From contig JBLDXI010000001.1 in NCBI GenBank assembly GCA_047495785.1, positions 124,001 through 188,000 of the forward strand: 64,000 bases of DNA, given 5' to 3'. The notes beneath the pieces are model-generated. The model was not told the DNA's origin, did no database searches, and worked only from the letters and a program-made list of their open reading frames with translations. The DNA is from Lepidodermella squamata. Its lineage: Eukaryota; Animalia; Gastrotricha. This document shows positions 36,884 to 51,055 of the stretch, one piece after another (within the stretch, counting starts at the first letter, position 1; each line of letters begins with the position of its first letter). The translations under genes were made by a program, and so were the position numbers.

Positions 36884-38027
36884 TTAATTTTTATAAATAT
36901 TCGGATTTATATAAGATTCGATTGGGTAGAAGCCAGACGGGTGATGGCGCTTCTGCGACCAAAATAGCTTGAAACCGGCGACGTCGCGCAATCGCCGATA
37001 AGTTTCGATTGCGTCGACGTAGAATTTCGCGTCCGACTCAGCGCCGAGCGGCAAATGCCACTCCATGACCAGACTAGCGACTCGTTTAGCCAGGAAACCG
37101 CTGTCGATCGCCTGGCGAAGTGCCTCGACTTCCGCCCCTTCAGTGTCCACTTTCAACAGAGAAATCACTCGCTAGGAAAACGAATGAACAAAATAGAGTA
37201 AAAAACCGCGTGAAACAAATTAGGATACCTCATCATCATGCCCGAGAAATTCGCTGATTCCAGGTAGATTTTTCATCGTCCAGTAAGCATTTTGATTTTT
37301 ATAAATTGAGCTGTCATGGCCCTTGCGGACCTCATTGGCACCAGCAAGTCCAAATGGGAAAAACCGAACTCCTGATTCGCGCTTCGTAGCGTTTAATGGC
37401 AGACTGTGAGATATTAATTAAGATAGGAGCGAAATTGACAGGATAGTTTTACCTTGGATCGAATGAGTAGACCGAGCAGCCATTCTAATAACCAAATAAG
37501 CCATCAGTGTCATGAATCTAAAGCAAAATTACCTCAGCCATTTTATCATCAAACGACCAGTCATCGGCTATTCTGAAATTAATGGGACATTTATTTTCTA
37601 GAGGGAAAGCTATTTGAGGAGGATATCGAACCCGAATGAATAAACCAAACATTCGTTGGGAGTATTTTTCAATTTGTAAGGCTCGTCCTCGCATAGCCGA
37701 TACATTTCCTGGCCGAAGAACCACATTTCATCACCGCCAACAGTCTTGATCAACTGGCAGGCGGTGTTAGGCTCCCGCGACATGGCTAACATCGCTGATT
37801 GATAGATATCGCTTTTAATCAACTGCGGGACATTTGCCGCCGATTCGCGACCGTCTTTCATCGCCGCAGCTCGGTATAATTTCCAAGCATTTTCAGCATG
37901 TCGAGCGTAAACCTCCTCGTTACTGTAAAAATTGAATACGTCCAACGTATCATCAGCTACTTCGCCGCGGTAGTTGATGATTCTGTCGCCGGATAGCACC
38001 AGGTAACGAGTCGAACGAGTCCAGGGG
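36884..38027 (-). pseudogene. METTL24-like (Methyltransf_22/FkbM-type) methyltransferase, 5'-truncated at the junction
   Basis: Spliced CLVYSFG-IADDWSFDDKMAE-NGCSVYSFDPS..LGHDDE-RVISLLKVDTEGAE..LVMEWH. The frame runs into the duplicated segment at 38028 and meets a stop with no ATG or signal anchor. The remaining coding part is undisrupted. Confidence 0.75.
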
Positions 38028-41000
38028 AACTGCAACGCCAATCGACAAATCAGTCTTTCAATACATCAGCTTTTTGTAAGACTGGTAGCTATATCACAAA
38101 TCACCTATTTTAACTTTGACTTAACAACAGGGTTGTCGTTTGGCAGAGCGATGCTCGCGTAAAATGGGTGCTGGCGTGGCGGACGCCTGCCATTCAGCTG
38201 TTGTACATGCCGCAGGGCCTCCCGACGCCGGCGATAGATCAGCAAGAAGTCGACCCGACTAACGCCACCCTGGGCCCGTCAGTTTCACCCCCGGCCGAAA
38301 CTCTGAATCTATTCTCAAAACTGCTCGGAATCGAGAACTGTCTCGTTCAAAGTCAACCAGCCCCCGGCGCTAGTTTAGGCACCACGGTTCGGCCGACCCG
38401 TTTGTCAGCGGTCATCGACGCTAGCGATGCGAATGGCGTATCGCCGTTTACCATGACCGTGACCAAATCGGCCGTTTCGATGCCAGGCGAACGCGTTACC
38501 GTTACGATCACGGGCCCGGCTAACATGAGTATGGACAACGTTGTGCTGGCGACAGCTGTCATCGTAGCCCGGCGCAACGTGCCGCCGTATTTGAAGGGCG
38601 TCGAGGGTAGCTGGGTGCCGAGCGATGCCAGTGAGACGGTCCTGTGCAATGGCTACGTCGCAGTCCGGACGAAGCGCACGTCGACGCGAACCAGTCCGCC
38701 GTCGTTCAGCGCTACCTGGCTCGCGCCGGCAATCGTGCGGGAGAAGATTTTCATCGTCAGTGCGGTTGTGGCATCAGGCTCAGCGGTTTATAAGCTGTCG
38801 CCGGCGGCCGTCATTGGACCAAGCGCCGCCGTGTCGACACAATCGCTCATCGGCGACAGCTTGAACAGCTTCTTGGGCAGCCTGCGATCGATTTGCTCGC
38901 CCGACTCGACGCCACTTTCGCCAACTTCATCACCCGCTGACTGGCCGCCGCCGACTGGCACGACCAACCTGCCGTTCACAATCGAAGCCGTTCCGTCATT
39001 CGTTCGGAATGACATTGTATCTGGCAGCAAGATGGCCTCTGTTTTCAACAGTAAGTATTTTAATAACTATTGTAGGTAGAGTGTCATTTGCGTAGTCAAG
39101 TCGGCTATAAAACGTAATTTCCGAATTTCCTAGAAAAATCGGAAACCTTCTATATTTGGGGTGAAATAGCGATTTTAATCGCTCATTTCGCTGTACACGG
39201 GAAAAAACCCATGAATTCATCGACCTGCCACATGAATTAAGTGTCGTCCCATGAATTCAATTACTTTTTTATCAATATTTTCATGCACATGAATTGTTTA
39301 TTGAAACATTTAAAATAACTTAATCCATGCTGGTGAATTCAGAGCTCCAACAATTAATTAGTTTTTATATCGTTAATTAGGCAAAAAAAGTTGTGCATAT
39401 GCAAATGAGCTGTGAGGATGATGAGGATGAAACCTAGGACTCCAGGTATTCATTACTCATTGGCCGAGACAGGCACTTGGATCCTGGATGCCAATGGAAT
39501 GCCTTGGATGTCCCGAGGGTTCCTTTTTAGGCATTGGCAAATCATGATCGGCATTGCCGGTTATAAGTAATGTTGTAATGTAAGTAATGTATAACAATAT
39601 TTAATTTTAAGAAAATAAAAAATCATAATATATATTAATAAAATAAATCGCAATTGAATTCATGGGCATCGATTTTAAAAGATAAAAAACCCATTAATTA
39701 ATTGTTTTTCGAAACATCCATGAATTAGGGTACCCCCAGGCCATGAATTCATGGAAGTTAGAAACTAATAATAAGCCAAAATTGCCACATGAATTCATGG
39801 GTTTTTTTTTCCCGTGTAGCTTTAACCACTTTTCCGTGGAATTCCGCTGCCGTCTTTGAAGATGGTTCCATCATCCTTCACAGTTTTCGAATTCTTTTTA
39901 TCAGATTGCCAAGAGCTTTGCTTTCCATTTCACTTATTTTACGGACCTTATAAGGCCTGACCAAACTATCAAAATTTGAGAAAAATATATTAGTGTATTT
40001 CATATGAATTTTCTTAAATAAATTTGCTCTTTTTCGTACTGATAATAACCTTTGTCTTGACGTATTTTTTCAGTTTCGGTGGTTGGCAATGGGCGAGGCG
40101 ATAATTTTCGGTTTTTGTTCATTCAATGCCGCCCGCCGGATTCACCTGTGACGGTGACCACCGCGCAGCCTAATCGTCAGCGCACGGTAACAGGCCGGCG
40201 CGCCAACAACAACATCGCATTCCAGCGCGCCACACCGCCAAGCTTCTATCGACGCCGGCAGGTGCGGTCTCAGAGCATCGGCTACTGGCGCTCAGCCGAC
40301 CAGCCATCGATGCGCCTGCGTTCTGGGCCTTGCATCGACTCGGCACTGCTGACCGACGAGGGCGGCTCGGGCATGCATTCAGCCGCGTTTCAACTCCATC
40401 TACTGCCGACGACTCAAGGCGATCTCGTTTGCAGGTGAGCTATACTTTTCATACTTTGTCTACATAAGTTTTCCGCCGCTAACTTGAGTTGACGTGAATA
40501 TCACGCTTCTCGCAATGCGTAATTGGCTTGGAATTAATATCGAGTTGATTAGCCGGAAGCTGTATCGAAGAGCTCGATTTCTTGAAGGCCAAGCCTCTTC
40601 AGCGCAGAAGAAAACATGATGTTTACTTTTTAGCTTTGTTTTCTTTGTTTGTGTATTTTGAATGTGCCGTAAGTACCTATATTTTCCGACAAAGCGCAAT
40701 GCAATTAGACGCTAAGCAGGCCGATGTGAGGATCAATGCTTTTTACACTCGACAAAGTTTTTTGCTCTCGAAACGCCCATCTAACTTAGCGTTGGCCATT
40801 TGGCCGGTCGCGGCGTTCAATGACCGGCCTTCTCACGCCCTTTCAGCGATGCGCTTTTGTACGACGCGTGCTACACTTAATTGAAGATACATGGCCGGTA
40901 TCTAGCCACAAGTAATCGTCGCGTTAGCCCGCGCCGAAGCGAATGCCCGATTACTACTACTACTAAGTTTATATCATCAGCTTCGCGAAAATGTTGACGT

Positions 41001-44000
41001 TAAGCTCAGCCATTCCAATTAAATGCGGCTCGCCAACTGTTAGGCCGCAACATCCCGATTCGCAAACACCGCGGTTTCGCACGACGATTTGTTTTTGCAA
41101 CCGAAGCAACAACGATAATTCGACGCGCCACCGTGCGAGATGAGGCGCTTCAGCCAAAAACTCGCGTATATTGAATTCACACACTACCTGCACGCTATTA
41201 GGCTTTTCGCAAGCAGCAGCGAATAATCTATCAATCGAATTACGTATAGGCAATTTTTTAGATTTTGAACAAGAACGCACGCCGCTTAGCACGGCGTTAT
41301 TAAGGCATGATTGCCGCCGCGACGCGTTGTCTCGATTATCGAAGCCTCGCTCATGCACGAACAACGTTATTTACACCTGCGCGCTCTGTTTTTCGCTAGC
41401 TAATTGCCACCCCGCATGCTGCAACATGTGACTAAATAGCTATTAACTTTTTGAAAATGTCATTTTTCTGTTTACTTTTCTTCTGCTGAAAAAAGTCTTT
41501 TACTATGATTACATGTTATTGTTATTTCCCGTCAGATTTTTTCCTCCGTGTTTGTTTTTCGCCATGCCCACTATTAAGATTAAGTAGATAAAAAGTCGCA
41601 TTGTTACATTGTATAAATAACAATTTTGTTTATATTTGCGTCAGTCTGAGGTCTCGTGGGCTCACCTTAATAGATTTTTCTGAGCTCTATAACAAACGCG
41701 CGCCTGTATACGAGAACAGGAAAAGCAACGTGTGAAGCAGTATTTTGACACTCGATTCATAATGTCACGCGCCCGCATGCCACAACCCAACTCCCTAGCG
41801 ATTAGCTATTTTGGCGTTTCAATGGGCGATGCAATTATATTTACCTTTCCGAGTGTAAATATACCCCATTTAAACGTAAACAGCAAGATTTTTGTTGCAA
41901 TATTTTGTGCAGAAAATTAGCTCTTTATTTATCGCGCTGGTGACGAAGTATTTTCGAGAGATAAGCACCTATAAGTTTTTCAAAAGACACCACAATGTTT
42001 TCGCACTTTTTTCAACCCGCGGGCGTAGGCGGGGGTTCGCTGGACCGGCGCCCAACGCGCTGTCCTTATTCACCGGAATCGAATTGCCAGCGATGGTGCG
42101 AGCTTAGACTTTTGTTGTGTTTAAGTTAGCGCCTTCGCCAAATCGACGGCAAACACACGGGTATCCGACAATAAATAACGAAGACGCACGCTCGAGCGAC
42201 TCATGAATTATGCACCGGGCGGGCGCTCGCGGGCCGGCCAGCTCGGCTAAATGGGAAACGGGGCCTTTTCTAAGCCGGCCTAGCCTAGTTTTATTGCGCG
42301 ACAAAGGCGCGCGCCGGGCGGCTGCCGTGTTATTTTAAAGACAAGAAAATGCAATATCGCGCATTTAATGAATATTCATGCCCGGGCGAGAGCTTAATTT
42401 TTAACCATCCAACCTAACCGGCCAGGCCGCTTTCGCCCCGTCGCAGCGCGAGGCCGATCAATTTTTACGGCACGGCCTTCGGGTTTTGTTTTTCTTCGTT
42501 TACTTCTTACTAAGTCAACTCGGCCTAAAACCTACAACAATGGTTCTTTACCTACTTTTTCCTAGATATTTTTAAGGAAGCGCAAGTCATGACGTAACAA
42601 AAATTAGTGTTTTTTGCCTTGCGAAAAAAATGCGAGACGCGTTCCTGCTTCTGAACATCCTGCTTTTTACAAAATGTTTCAGAATGATCCTCGGCAAAGA
42701 CAACGCTACCTACTGGTCGACCGAGTACGTGCTATATCGAACCGTGACGGACGATGGTGATAACAATGTAACTGTGACTCGCCCGGCCGCGTCAAGCACA
42801 GCGGCGCCCAGGGTATCCACGACAACGATGATGGCTCGAACAACCAGGCCGCCGGCTATTTCAACGACAGCCCCCGTGGCTGGCGGTCTTGACTATCTGT
42901 CGACGGTTACGCTTGATGTCGCCATGTGCCTACTACCCCAGGCAATGATAAACAGCCTGGATGCCAACATGCTAAGAGATATAATTGCGCCAAATTCAAG
43001 CAATAACCCGTACTCGATGTCGGTTAGTCCGAGCGAACTTCGCGCATCTGATCCGTACATCAAGGTGACGATCAGATCATCGGACGAATCGCGGCCTATC
43101 ACAGCTTTCTTATCTTTCATCATGTGGATATCACCGAGGACAGGCCTCATCGCCGGTAATTTCACCGAATTGTGGGACACATCATCGGCGGGCTTCTTGC
43201 AACTCGACTCGTCATCGCCTAACATGGCCGCCTTGTTGCTGACATCTGTAAATGGCGACGCTACGGTCTACTGCCTGCACAACAGGTACGGGCGCGTCAA
43301 CGGCATCGCGACTCTGACGCCCGGGCTCATGCAGGTCGATGCTCTGTACTTCACGCCGTCGGTATGGGATCGTATGATCAGGTTTTCGACAGCCAACAAT
43401 CTCACGCCAGTTCTAATGTAAGTCTTTTCATTTTTTACCTCAAAACTATGGGTGAAGATCTTGAATTAATTTTGGGCAAATAATCCAGAATTTTCGAAAA
43501 TTCGATGGAAATTCAGAATTAAAAGGGTTCTTATCGCAAAAATCGACATGTATTAGGATATCCGTGAATTCTGATTATCTTTTAATTGTTCCGAGGCAAA
43601 ATATTTTTACATTTTTGTCTTTTCCTTGACTAGGACCGCTGTGTTTGGTGACGGAAAGTTGTGGCGTTTGACACCTGCTATCCTGACAATTTCGAACCAG
43701 ACTACGGTTGCACCCACTTTGCCAACAGAGCCAAGCCCGTCCGCCACAACCCGCGGTGCAGCTACCACGGCACAGGCCTCGACTGTCACCGTGCGAAATG
43801 TCACCTCGATCGCGATGAACACCACCGCTCGACCGGGTGGGGCGTCGAGCAGCACTGCGCGCCCAGCTATCACTGCGACTGTAACCACTGCGAGGCAGGC
43901 GAGTAGCACGGGACCGGCTGCGACGACTCAGCGGCCAAGTGCTGCAACGGCGACAACAGCGGCATCGATTGTCACGATGACAACTACCCGCGCGCCGGCA

Positions 44001-47000
44001 GTCACCACGACCACGGCACGGCCAGCGACTAGTGCGGCTGCGACAACAGCGAGACCGGCTGGATCGACGACTCGGGTTCCGTTGATCTCATCGACAGCCG
44101 CACCCTCAGTTACGGCTTCAACTACCCGAGCGACGCAGCAACCTCAAACTGTTCCAGTAGGTTCGCAGAATCGAACTTCCAACGCGACAACCGCCAGCCC
44201 AGGCGTTTCTACCGCAAGACCGGTTACAACTGCTAGCCCGGGTGTTTCTACTGCAAGGCCGGTTACAGCTGCAGCGCCTTCGACAACCAGGCAGCCGGCT
44301 GTTTCTAGCGCTGCTCCGGCCGTGAGCTCGACTACCGCACGAGCGGCGTCAACCACGGCATCTCCGGCAGCGACTACGAAACAAGCGGCGGCGACTTCGG
44401 CGGCAGTTACAACGTCTGGACCGGCGGCGGCCACTACGGCACGGTCGGCTACAACGGTAAAATCAGCCGCTATCACCACGGTCGCCCAAGCAGCGGGTTC
44501 CACGGATGACGGCCTGCCTTACGCGTTCGTTCGCGATGTGGCGCTTTGTTTACTGCCGGCATCGCTTGGCGGCATTGCCAATTCATACTCGTTCGAACCT
44601 CGAACAGGCCGCAACAGCCCATTCACACTCGCCGTCCAGCCTGCTGATGGTTCTGTGGCTTATGGGGCCGATGCTAATGGTATGCAACTTTTTTATGGGG
44701 AAATTCAAGCTATTTTCATCGATATTTGTTTTAGTGACGATTTCATCTTCTGACGAAAATCTACCAATCACGGCGTACCTAATGTTCGCTGTTTGGACCA
44801 TGCCGAAAACCGCGTCGACTTGGACTCAAGTGCCGTATAACAACACACCAGCCGGCATTTTCAGCCCCGGCCAAGAGACGATTTCTTTCATCGGCAGCAA
44901 TCCTGAGTTGACGCGGGTTCGCTGCTCCAGCAACGATTTCGGAGAGGTTACCGGCTTGGCATCCTTAGCGCCCAGCCTGAAAACTGTCTCTTCACAATGG
45001 TTCGCTCCTCTCAGCTTGCCGCGTGGCGCTAGTTCTTCGGTCCAACCGACAATTTTGTGAGTAACCTAAAACAATCGCACGTGATTTGACTTAATTTTTG
45101 TTGTTTAGTGCTGGAGTTTTTGCTGATCAAAAGCTGTGGGAACTTCGCCCGGTTTTCCTCTCATTGTACCAGGTCTCCTCAACGGCTCAAGTACGATCTT
45201 CGACGGCTGCAGCTGGCAGTGGCACTACTACGACAGCGAGACCAGCCGCGCAGTCAACAGCAACGGCATCAACAACTGCCGCTTCGATAACAACGAGAAG
45301 TGCACCGCCTCGTCTCTCGACGGCAGGCCCAGTGGCTGTTTCGACCCCGAGAATTCCGGGCGTCAATCTGACTGTAATGCCATCCAGCGTTCGAACACGC
45401 CCGCCTACTACCGTTCCGACCGAGCCTACTACAACGACGAGGGCGCCGACGACGAGCTCGACCGCAGCTCCAGCTACTACAAGAGCAGCGGCTACAACAG
45501 CCCGACCAGCAGCTACGACTGCGGCGCAGACAACGGTCAGGGCGCCTGCTGTAACTACGGCTCGTGCTGTCGGCCAGGTGACCACAGTGGGCACATGGCG
45601 GCCGATAGACGGCGGCAATGTGACAGTCGCTGATACTGCCGTGCCGATTTCGTTCGACTGCCGGCGGCACAACCACGACTGCAAGCTCACTGGTGGTTAT
45701 TGCGACACCGACTCGGGCAAGTGCCGGTGTTCCAGCTATTACTCAGCTTATGATTGCCGTGTACTCAGTAAGTTGAACTTTTTTAATTCTGATGAAAATA
45801 GTCAATGCTCTTTCCAGCTGCCCTCGTTCGCGAGGACGCTGCTTGCAACGATGGCAAAGGGTGCGGAAAGGGCGAGAAAAACGGAGATTACTGTCTTGCG
45901 ACTGCCCGCGACCGAGATGGCGTGAAAGAGTTTACTCAATGCTCATGCGCCTACGGCTCTTACGGGCCTGACTGCAATCGGTCTAGAGGTATTCATTCCC
46001 GCTCATTAACTCTGATATTATAGAAGTGATCATTTGTTTTTAGTGGAACTGTCCTGCAGCGAGAGTGAAATGTCAATCGCCATCAACCCGTTCCCGTCAT
46101 TCGCTGTTTTCGAGGGGCATATTTTCCTGCTAAATCAAACCAACGATGTTATGATCGAGGACGAAGAGTGCCGTTTCAACATCTCAGACATGGCCTACAC
46201 CTTCAACATGCCTTATGAAACGCTGATAAACCGATGCGGCGGCACTAAACTTGCTGATAACGTGAGCGTTAAAAAATTTCAATTTTTTAATTTACCTCCT
46301 TAATTTATTTCAGACGTTCAATATGAGATTCATAATTCAAAATCACCCGCATTGGCTGACGGCGTACGACCAAATTCTGAGTGCAAAATGCGTGCTAACA
46401 GTCATGCAGCCTTACGAGAAGTCGATCGTCATTCAGACCAACGGCAATGTGCGGCTGTTCAGCGGCGCCAACGCACTGTCGAACTTGGCCGAGAACGTGA
46501 TTGTTGGCGAACACACGCGCATCATCCCGCGGCCGGTTCCGCAGCCCAACTTCAGCCTGCGCCGCGTCAACTTCGACCAGAACGGCGTGTGGTCGACTGC
46601 CGAGGTTCAAGGACCGGTCAAGATCGGTGACACGATTCAATTCTCAATTGAAAATTCGAACAACACGTACTACTCGCATCTACGCACCGAGGACTGCACG
46701 CTTACGATGGACAACTCGATTGAGATGAAACTCATTTCTCGCTCTTGCCCGGCTTCTAGAGCTGCCTGGACTCTTCTAAGGTTAGAATTGTTCATTAATT
46801 AGATATGCGTTGGTTCAAGAAAATTTCGATTTTTAAGGTGGGATAAGACCATGTACACGAACTCATCCGTGGCTTTCTGGCTTCGACTGCCGGCCAATGC
46901 GTTGTCAGGGTGGCCGAGACAGATCGACATCTACTGTAGGATCAAGCTGTGCCTTCATGACAGTTACGATCAGTGCGATATCGTAAGGAAAATCTTAGAA

Positions 47001-47623
47001 ATTATCAACTTGTTTTAAAAATTCCATTCCAGAACAACAACGGCTGTAAAGGAGTGACGAATTTCTTGCCGCCAACCCTGGCGCTCAAGAACTACGGCAG
47101 GAGGCGGCGTGAAGTTGCCGATGTCATCAACAGCAAGCTACACGCCGACTCGTCGTCCGAGGAGGACAAAACGCCGGTAGTTTACGCGACCGTCCACTAT
47201 TCGTTCCAGCTGGATGTCGACGAGCAGGGCAACAACCAGCAAGAGGCGAATGCGCCCACCGATGACAGCAATAGCGATTGGACACCCGGCGCCGCTGCTG
47301 CAGATCCGAGCCTGATGAGCGCAAATGCAGACGCGTTGCGGCAACAATCGGCGTCTAGTTTCGACGAGTTTGCGCATCTGTCGTCGAAATCACCAGCGAA
47401 TTCGCTGTTGCTGACCCCCGGGCTCACCAGCGATGACCTGGTGATGAGCGGCGGCAAGGGCGCGGCGCCTGTTGTCTCGCCGAGCCTCAGCCTCATCAAC
47501 CAGTGGCTGCTCATCGGCCTCATGTTCGTCGTGTTCTTGCTGATCGCCGCCGCCGGGCTCATCTTCTACCTGAGCTACAGGCTGCGGCACTCACAGGCCT
47601 ATTCGCTCTCCCATGCCGGTTAA
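38028..47623 (+). pseudogene. 5'-truncated duplicate of ZP-A (lacks promoter, signal peptide and most of the first Reeler-like domain)
   Basis: Identical to 8304-17899 but starts inside the third coding exon; upstream lies the antisense METTL24-like exon. Confidence 0.8.
39196..39816. mobile_element. Duplicate of the 621-bp CAC..GTG MITE (copied with the segment)
   Basis: Same sequence and same flanks as 9472-10092. Confidence 0.8.
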
Positions 47624-49204
47624 AACACAGACACAAACTCGCCATCGTGTGCTGCCAGTCTCCTCAAACAAAAATTTGCTACGTTTTATCGCGCCTGTAA
47701 AAAAAAGCCTCGCAAATTCCCATATAAGAGATGTGAGAAGAAGATATTTTCTACTCTGCCAGTTGAAAAAGATGTGTACAGCTTAACCTAATACTGTAGA
47801 GTAAAAAGGTTGTGCGTAGGGCTGTTTAAGGCCGCATGCTATTATTTGTTTTTATGATGATCGAAAACGTTGTTGTGAAATTGCGGCGAAATTTCTTCTT
47901 TTGCTATTCTTCTTCTGATTGTGATATCAATTGTTCATGATAACCATGAAGTGTATAGTTTGATTTCTCTTGTTTCGTCTTTTTCGGCGATCATCATCTT
48001 CTATGTAGCACGCGCATGACACCTATCGACGCATGCCCGGCTTGTAATTCGCAATAGAATATCGCGCGCTGTTTTCTCCGCATGCGCTTTAACGCTATAT
48101 ATTTTGATGAAAGATGAAAAGTTATCATAATAATATATTACAAGAGTTTTATCAATTGTGTAAAAATATTCACAGAATTTATTTTCTATTTTTGATAAAA
48201 AAAATCTCAGCGTCTTCAGTTGTATAAACGTTTATCATTGGATTGATTGAAATTTGATTGATTTGATTTTTTATTGATCACTTTTGTGAACCTCGTAGAA
48301 ATTCGTTCAGAAGTCTTCGTAACCAAGGCGATAGCTCACTTTTCGTTAAGGACCCCCTGCCAGCCATTACTACTCGAGATTCCTCTGATTACTGATGAAT
48401 GCATTTACTCAACCTGAAACTCCAAGGCAATAATGTTACCTCAAACTCATTTTTCGTTATGGGTTGTTCCTCTTTCGATTTGTTTGTTGCGATTAGATCG
48501 TACAATTTTGATGTTCCAATTTCTCAATTTTCTTTGGCTAAAAACAATTCGCTCACCGCTCACTCAAATCAATCTTGCTATATCGTACTATCGAGAAGGA
48601 AAACAATACCTATATGAAATGTCTAATGGAAGCCAACTCGAACCGAACCGTTCATTTTTATACAAATGCGCCACAAAACTTCAATCATAATCAACTGTCA
48701 ATTGTAGCTATAAATATATTTCTTCCTTTATTATATAATTATTATTTAATAATTGAGAATGAATTCTTAAAATAAAGATACGAAAGAGTCATAGTATTTC
48801 CTGACCAGGTAATTAGGCAAGTGGAGACTAAAAAACTTAGTTAACTGGTTTTACTATTCGCAATGCGGCTTTATCAATTATGTTTTCAATTCAGTCATGT
48901 TGGTCAAGTGTCGCAGACGAAGCTGCCCATTGATGCGGTCATTCATCAAGAGCCTCAAAAGGTTAAAAATTCGATAAGGCGTCCGCATTATCACTTATAG
49001 ATTGCTTAGCAACTCAAAGCAAGGGTTTCATAAATAATTAACCGAATGCACTCAGAAAGATAACACTGTCGTAGCAGACCGTTCCTACATTGCGTTATCA
49101 GCAGAGTAGAAATCATGATAACCTACTTGTAAGCGGTGTGACAATGAGGGTCAATTCAAAGCATTAGCAATATAGCCGTCGAAACGCGAAATTCAATCGA
49201 AACA

Positions 49205-50323
49205 ATGAAATTCAATCAATCAATGATTTTATGGCTCCGAAATAAGAAGTCCCTTATTGCGAACAGTTTAGCTTACGCTGGCTTTCTTGTGGTCGGTGAT
49301 TACCTGGTATGAAGATTCAAGTATATATCATTTTCTAAGGATGTTATTTAATATAGTCGATGCAACTTGAGAAAAGATTAAAACAAGGGCAATCGCTGGA
49401 GAAATTAAAGGAATTATCCGTTAAACACAACGTTGAGCCATACCATTACATTCCAGATCCAACTCATCATCAACATGTATCAATGAGTGAAGCCTCGTCT
49501 CCAGTGGAATCTGTCGATGAAGAGATGAGTGGAACAAAACTCGCTCGCAAATTGGGCTGCGTATTCGCCTCTGGAATTCTCGTTGGCGCTTTTTTAGATC
49601 GATGGTACATTTTTCTAGGTAAGTCATTTTTGCAGATTATTTTCATAATAGTAAGCTCCCATTTAAAACGAATAAAGCTTTACACACATGTACAATGGGC
49701 TCATCGAAATTCTATTTTTATCTGTAGATGGGAAACTTAGTGCGACGAGCGGTAAAACCATAGCAATAAAAGTAAGGATTTCAACCCGATAACCATCGAT
49801 AACAATCGACCTCGTCTATTTCAAGGTACTCATAGACCAGCTGGTAGCATCGAATGTCGCCAATGCTGGATTTTTCATAACCTGCGGTCTATTCGAAGGT
49901 AATATTGTATAAACATTTCACGCTTCTCAGCTAATTATTTTTCAACTACAGGGATGACCCCAGCAGAGTGCTATGCTGAGCTTCGAGAGAAATACATGCT
50001 ATTAGTCATGAGGTAAGGATACCTGTCTGATTTGTTTTGCGCTCCATGGCCGGTTTTCTTCCAGTGACATTGTTTTCTGGGTTCCAGCTCAAACGATCAA
50101 TTTTAAATTTGTGCCGCCCAAGTATTTTTAAAGACCAAGGAATAATTATTGCTAAACACCGTTAAAAGGTATCGAGTACTGTATATCTCCGTGGCGAATG
50201 TCTTATGGAACATACTGCTATGCTATCATCGCGTAAGTACCGAGCTTTCTTTTGACATCTCATCAAAGACTTAAACTTTCTACACAGAATTATGACCTTC
50301 AAAAGTTAATATCGCGTAAATGA
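49205..50323 (+). CDS. Mpv17/PMP22-family protein, complete duplicate
   Basis: Matches 19481-20599 including its flanks. Confidence 0.87.
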
Positions 50324-51055
50324 AGTCGATTGACGAGCGAATCTCGGTGAAGTCAACTACTATTATTATTATTATTATTAGGAACAGCTGATGCATATTT
50401 TCCGCTGCCATACCTGTATAATTTTCTACTCAGTGCTCGTTTATTGGTAAATAAAATAAATCGACGAAAATGGGCCGAACTGGGCCTAAGTGTAACGATG
50501 GTTATAACAATAACTAATTTATACGCTCATTTTGCTACTTTCGCTAGTTGAAGCTGAGAAATGGCTGTTCTGCGCTGCGTCTTGACATTTGGTTTAAATA
50601 TCTTCATTATATTCAAGTATACCTGAATGCATTTAATTAAAAGCGGATCCGAGTTCGCCTCAATAGCAATTTACGTAGTACTGGCTCATCGTGAGAGTGA
50701 AATAAGCTGGTAATCTTATAAGCGATATCGGCCATAAATCGCCTCAATTTATCCGTAATCTCGTAAAGATGATACGTAAGAAAAACACGCGGCTAAATCT
50801 ACATTTAGCGGATTTCGAAGTAACTTGCCGACCTGCCGTCTGTACTGGATAGTACGCTGTTTGACGCAGTTTGACGTCTGTCGCCGCGCATTTGGACAAA
50901 CAGAGCAATTTCAGCCGTGCAATCCGATCATTTTTTCATTTTAAGCTGGATTCCTAGCAAAAATCGGCAACTGCGTCATGAGACGAATAAGAAGCCGTAA
51001 GATGCCGCCAGATCACTGTTGGTTGAAATTTCGGCAATAAATAATTGGCTGATCC

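Noticed and set aside
37173-37227. Intron with GTATCCT donor resembling a U12-type intron
   Set aside because: Donor is GTATCCTA rather than GTATCCTT, and no TCCTTAAC-like branch point is present.
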